NCBI GenBank assembly: GCA_965216325.1
Contig: OZ244160.1
Location: forward strand, 3,000,511 to 3,064,510
Reading direction: 5' to 3'
DNA: 64,000 nt
DNA from: Coraliomargarita sp.
Lineage (GTDB): Bacteria; Verrucomicrobiota; Verrucomicrobiia; Opitutales; Coraliomargaritaceae
Position numbers and translations under genes: made by a program. Of the stretch, positions 63,613-64,000 are shown in pieces (positions within the stretch are counted from its first letter, which is position 1; every line of letters begins with the position of its first letter). The notes below the pieces were generated by a model. That model was not told the origin of the DNA and did not search any database. It was given only the letters and a program-made list of their open reading frames with translations.

Positions 63613-64000
63613 TTAAGGAATCACAAAGCCAATTTGAATGCCGGGGCCGTGGACGCCCTCGATAAGGATACCTTCGACGTCAGCAGTCTTGGATGGGCCG
63701 GTGCAAAAGATGATCGACGGGTCGTCACCAAAGCGGTCGATCGCGTCGGGAATGGTGGCGACGATGTCTGCTTCCTTGATGACTGCGATATGGATCCATG
63801 GAGTGAGCGCGCCCAAGCGAGAGGACGAGTCGACGTCCTTCAACATGATCGTGCCACTTTCGGCGATCGCCGCAGATGCTTTGGTAATGCCGAAGGCATA
63901 ATCATCCAGTTTGGCTTCATCGTATTCGGTATCGAAGCTGATGCCGTCGAGTGCTTCGAAGTGCGACGCAAGGTCGGGATCGCAGTAGCCGAAGGTGGCC
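63613..64000 (-). CDS. LUD domain (LutC/YkgG) lactate utilisation protein, 3' part
   Basis: AIAESGTI, SRLGALTP.IHIAV, TGPSKTADVEGILIEGVHGP; frame open to the right edge. Confidence 0.88.
   Translation of the reverse strand, partial: ATFGYCDPDLASHFEALDGISFDTEYDEAKLDDYAFGITKASAAIAESGTIMLKDVDSSSRLGALTPWIHIAVIKEADIVATIPDAIDRFGDDPSIIFCTGPSKTADVEGILIEGVHGPGIQIGFVIP

Overview
Mostly housekeeping bacterial chromosome of moderately high GC. Gene style and content suggest Verrucomicrobiota (Opitutae/Puniceicoccales-like); this is inference only. Core genes: thrS (partial), sodA, tadA, infA, cysK, queG, metF, ubiE/menG, a clpX-like ATPase, hisS, queA, tilS-ftsH, ygfZ, two HU/IHF genes, leuCD, tkt, hisI, trpS, oppABC, msrA and tRNA-Arg(TCT). 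Mobile layer: two complete IS1380-family elements with visible TIRs and target duplications, an intact REP-associated tyrosine transposase (RAYT), and many GTAG/GGAG REP doublets, several carrying a second small palindromic element at the hairpin loop. Best candidates for undescribed systems: (1) a translationally coupled five-gene operon of two B12-binding radical SAM enzymes, two GNAT-like proteins and a GH3 acyl-adenylate ligase (41312-47000); (2) a ferritin-like di-iron (DUF455)/ATP-grasp fusion beside two EamA transporters; (3) a membrane-anchored wHTH-like protein heading a pair of SPFH genes; (4) a membrane-anchored, apparently catalytically dead NucA-type nuclease. No CRISPR array or rRNA was seen. 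All calls come from motif recognition by eye; no searches were run.
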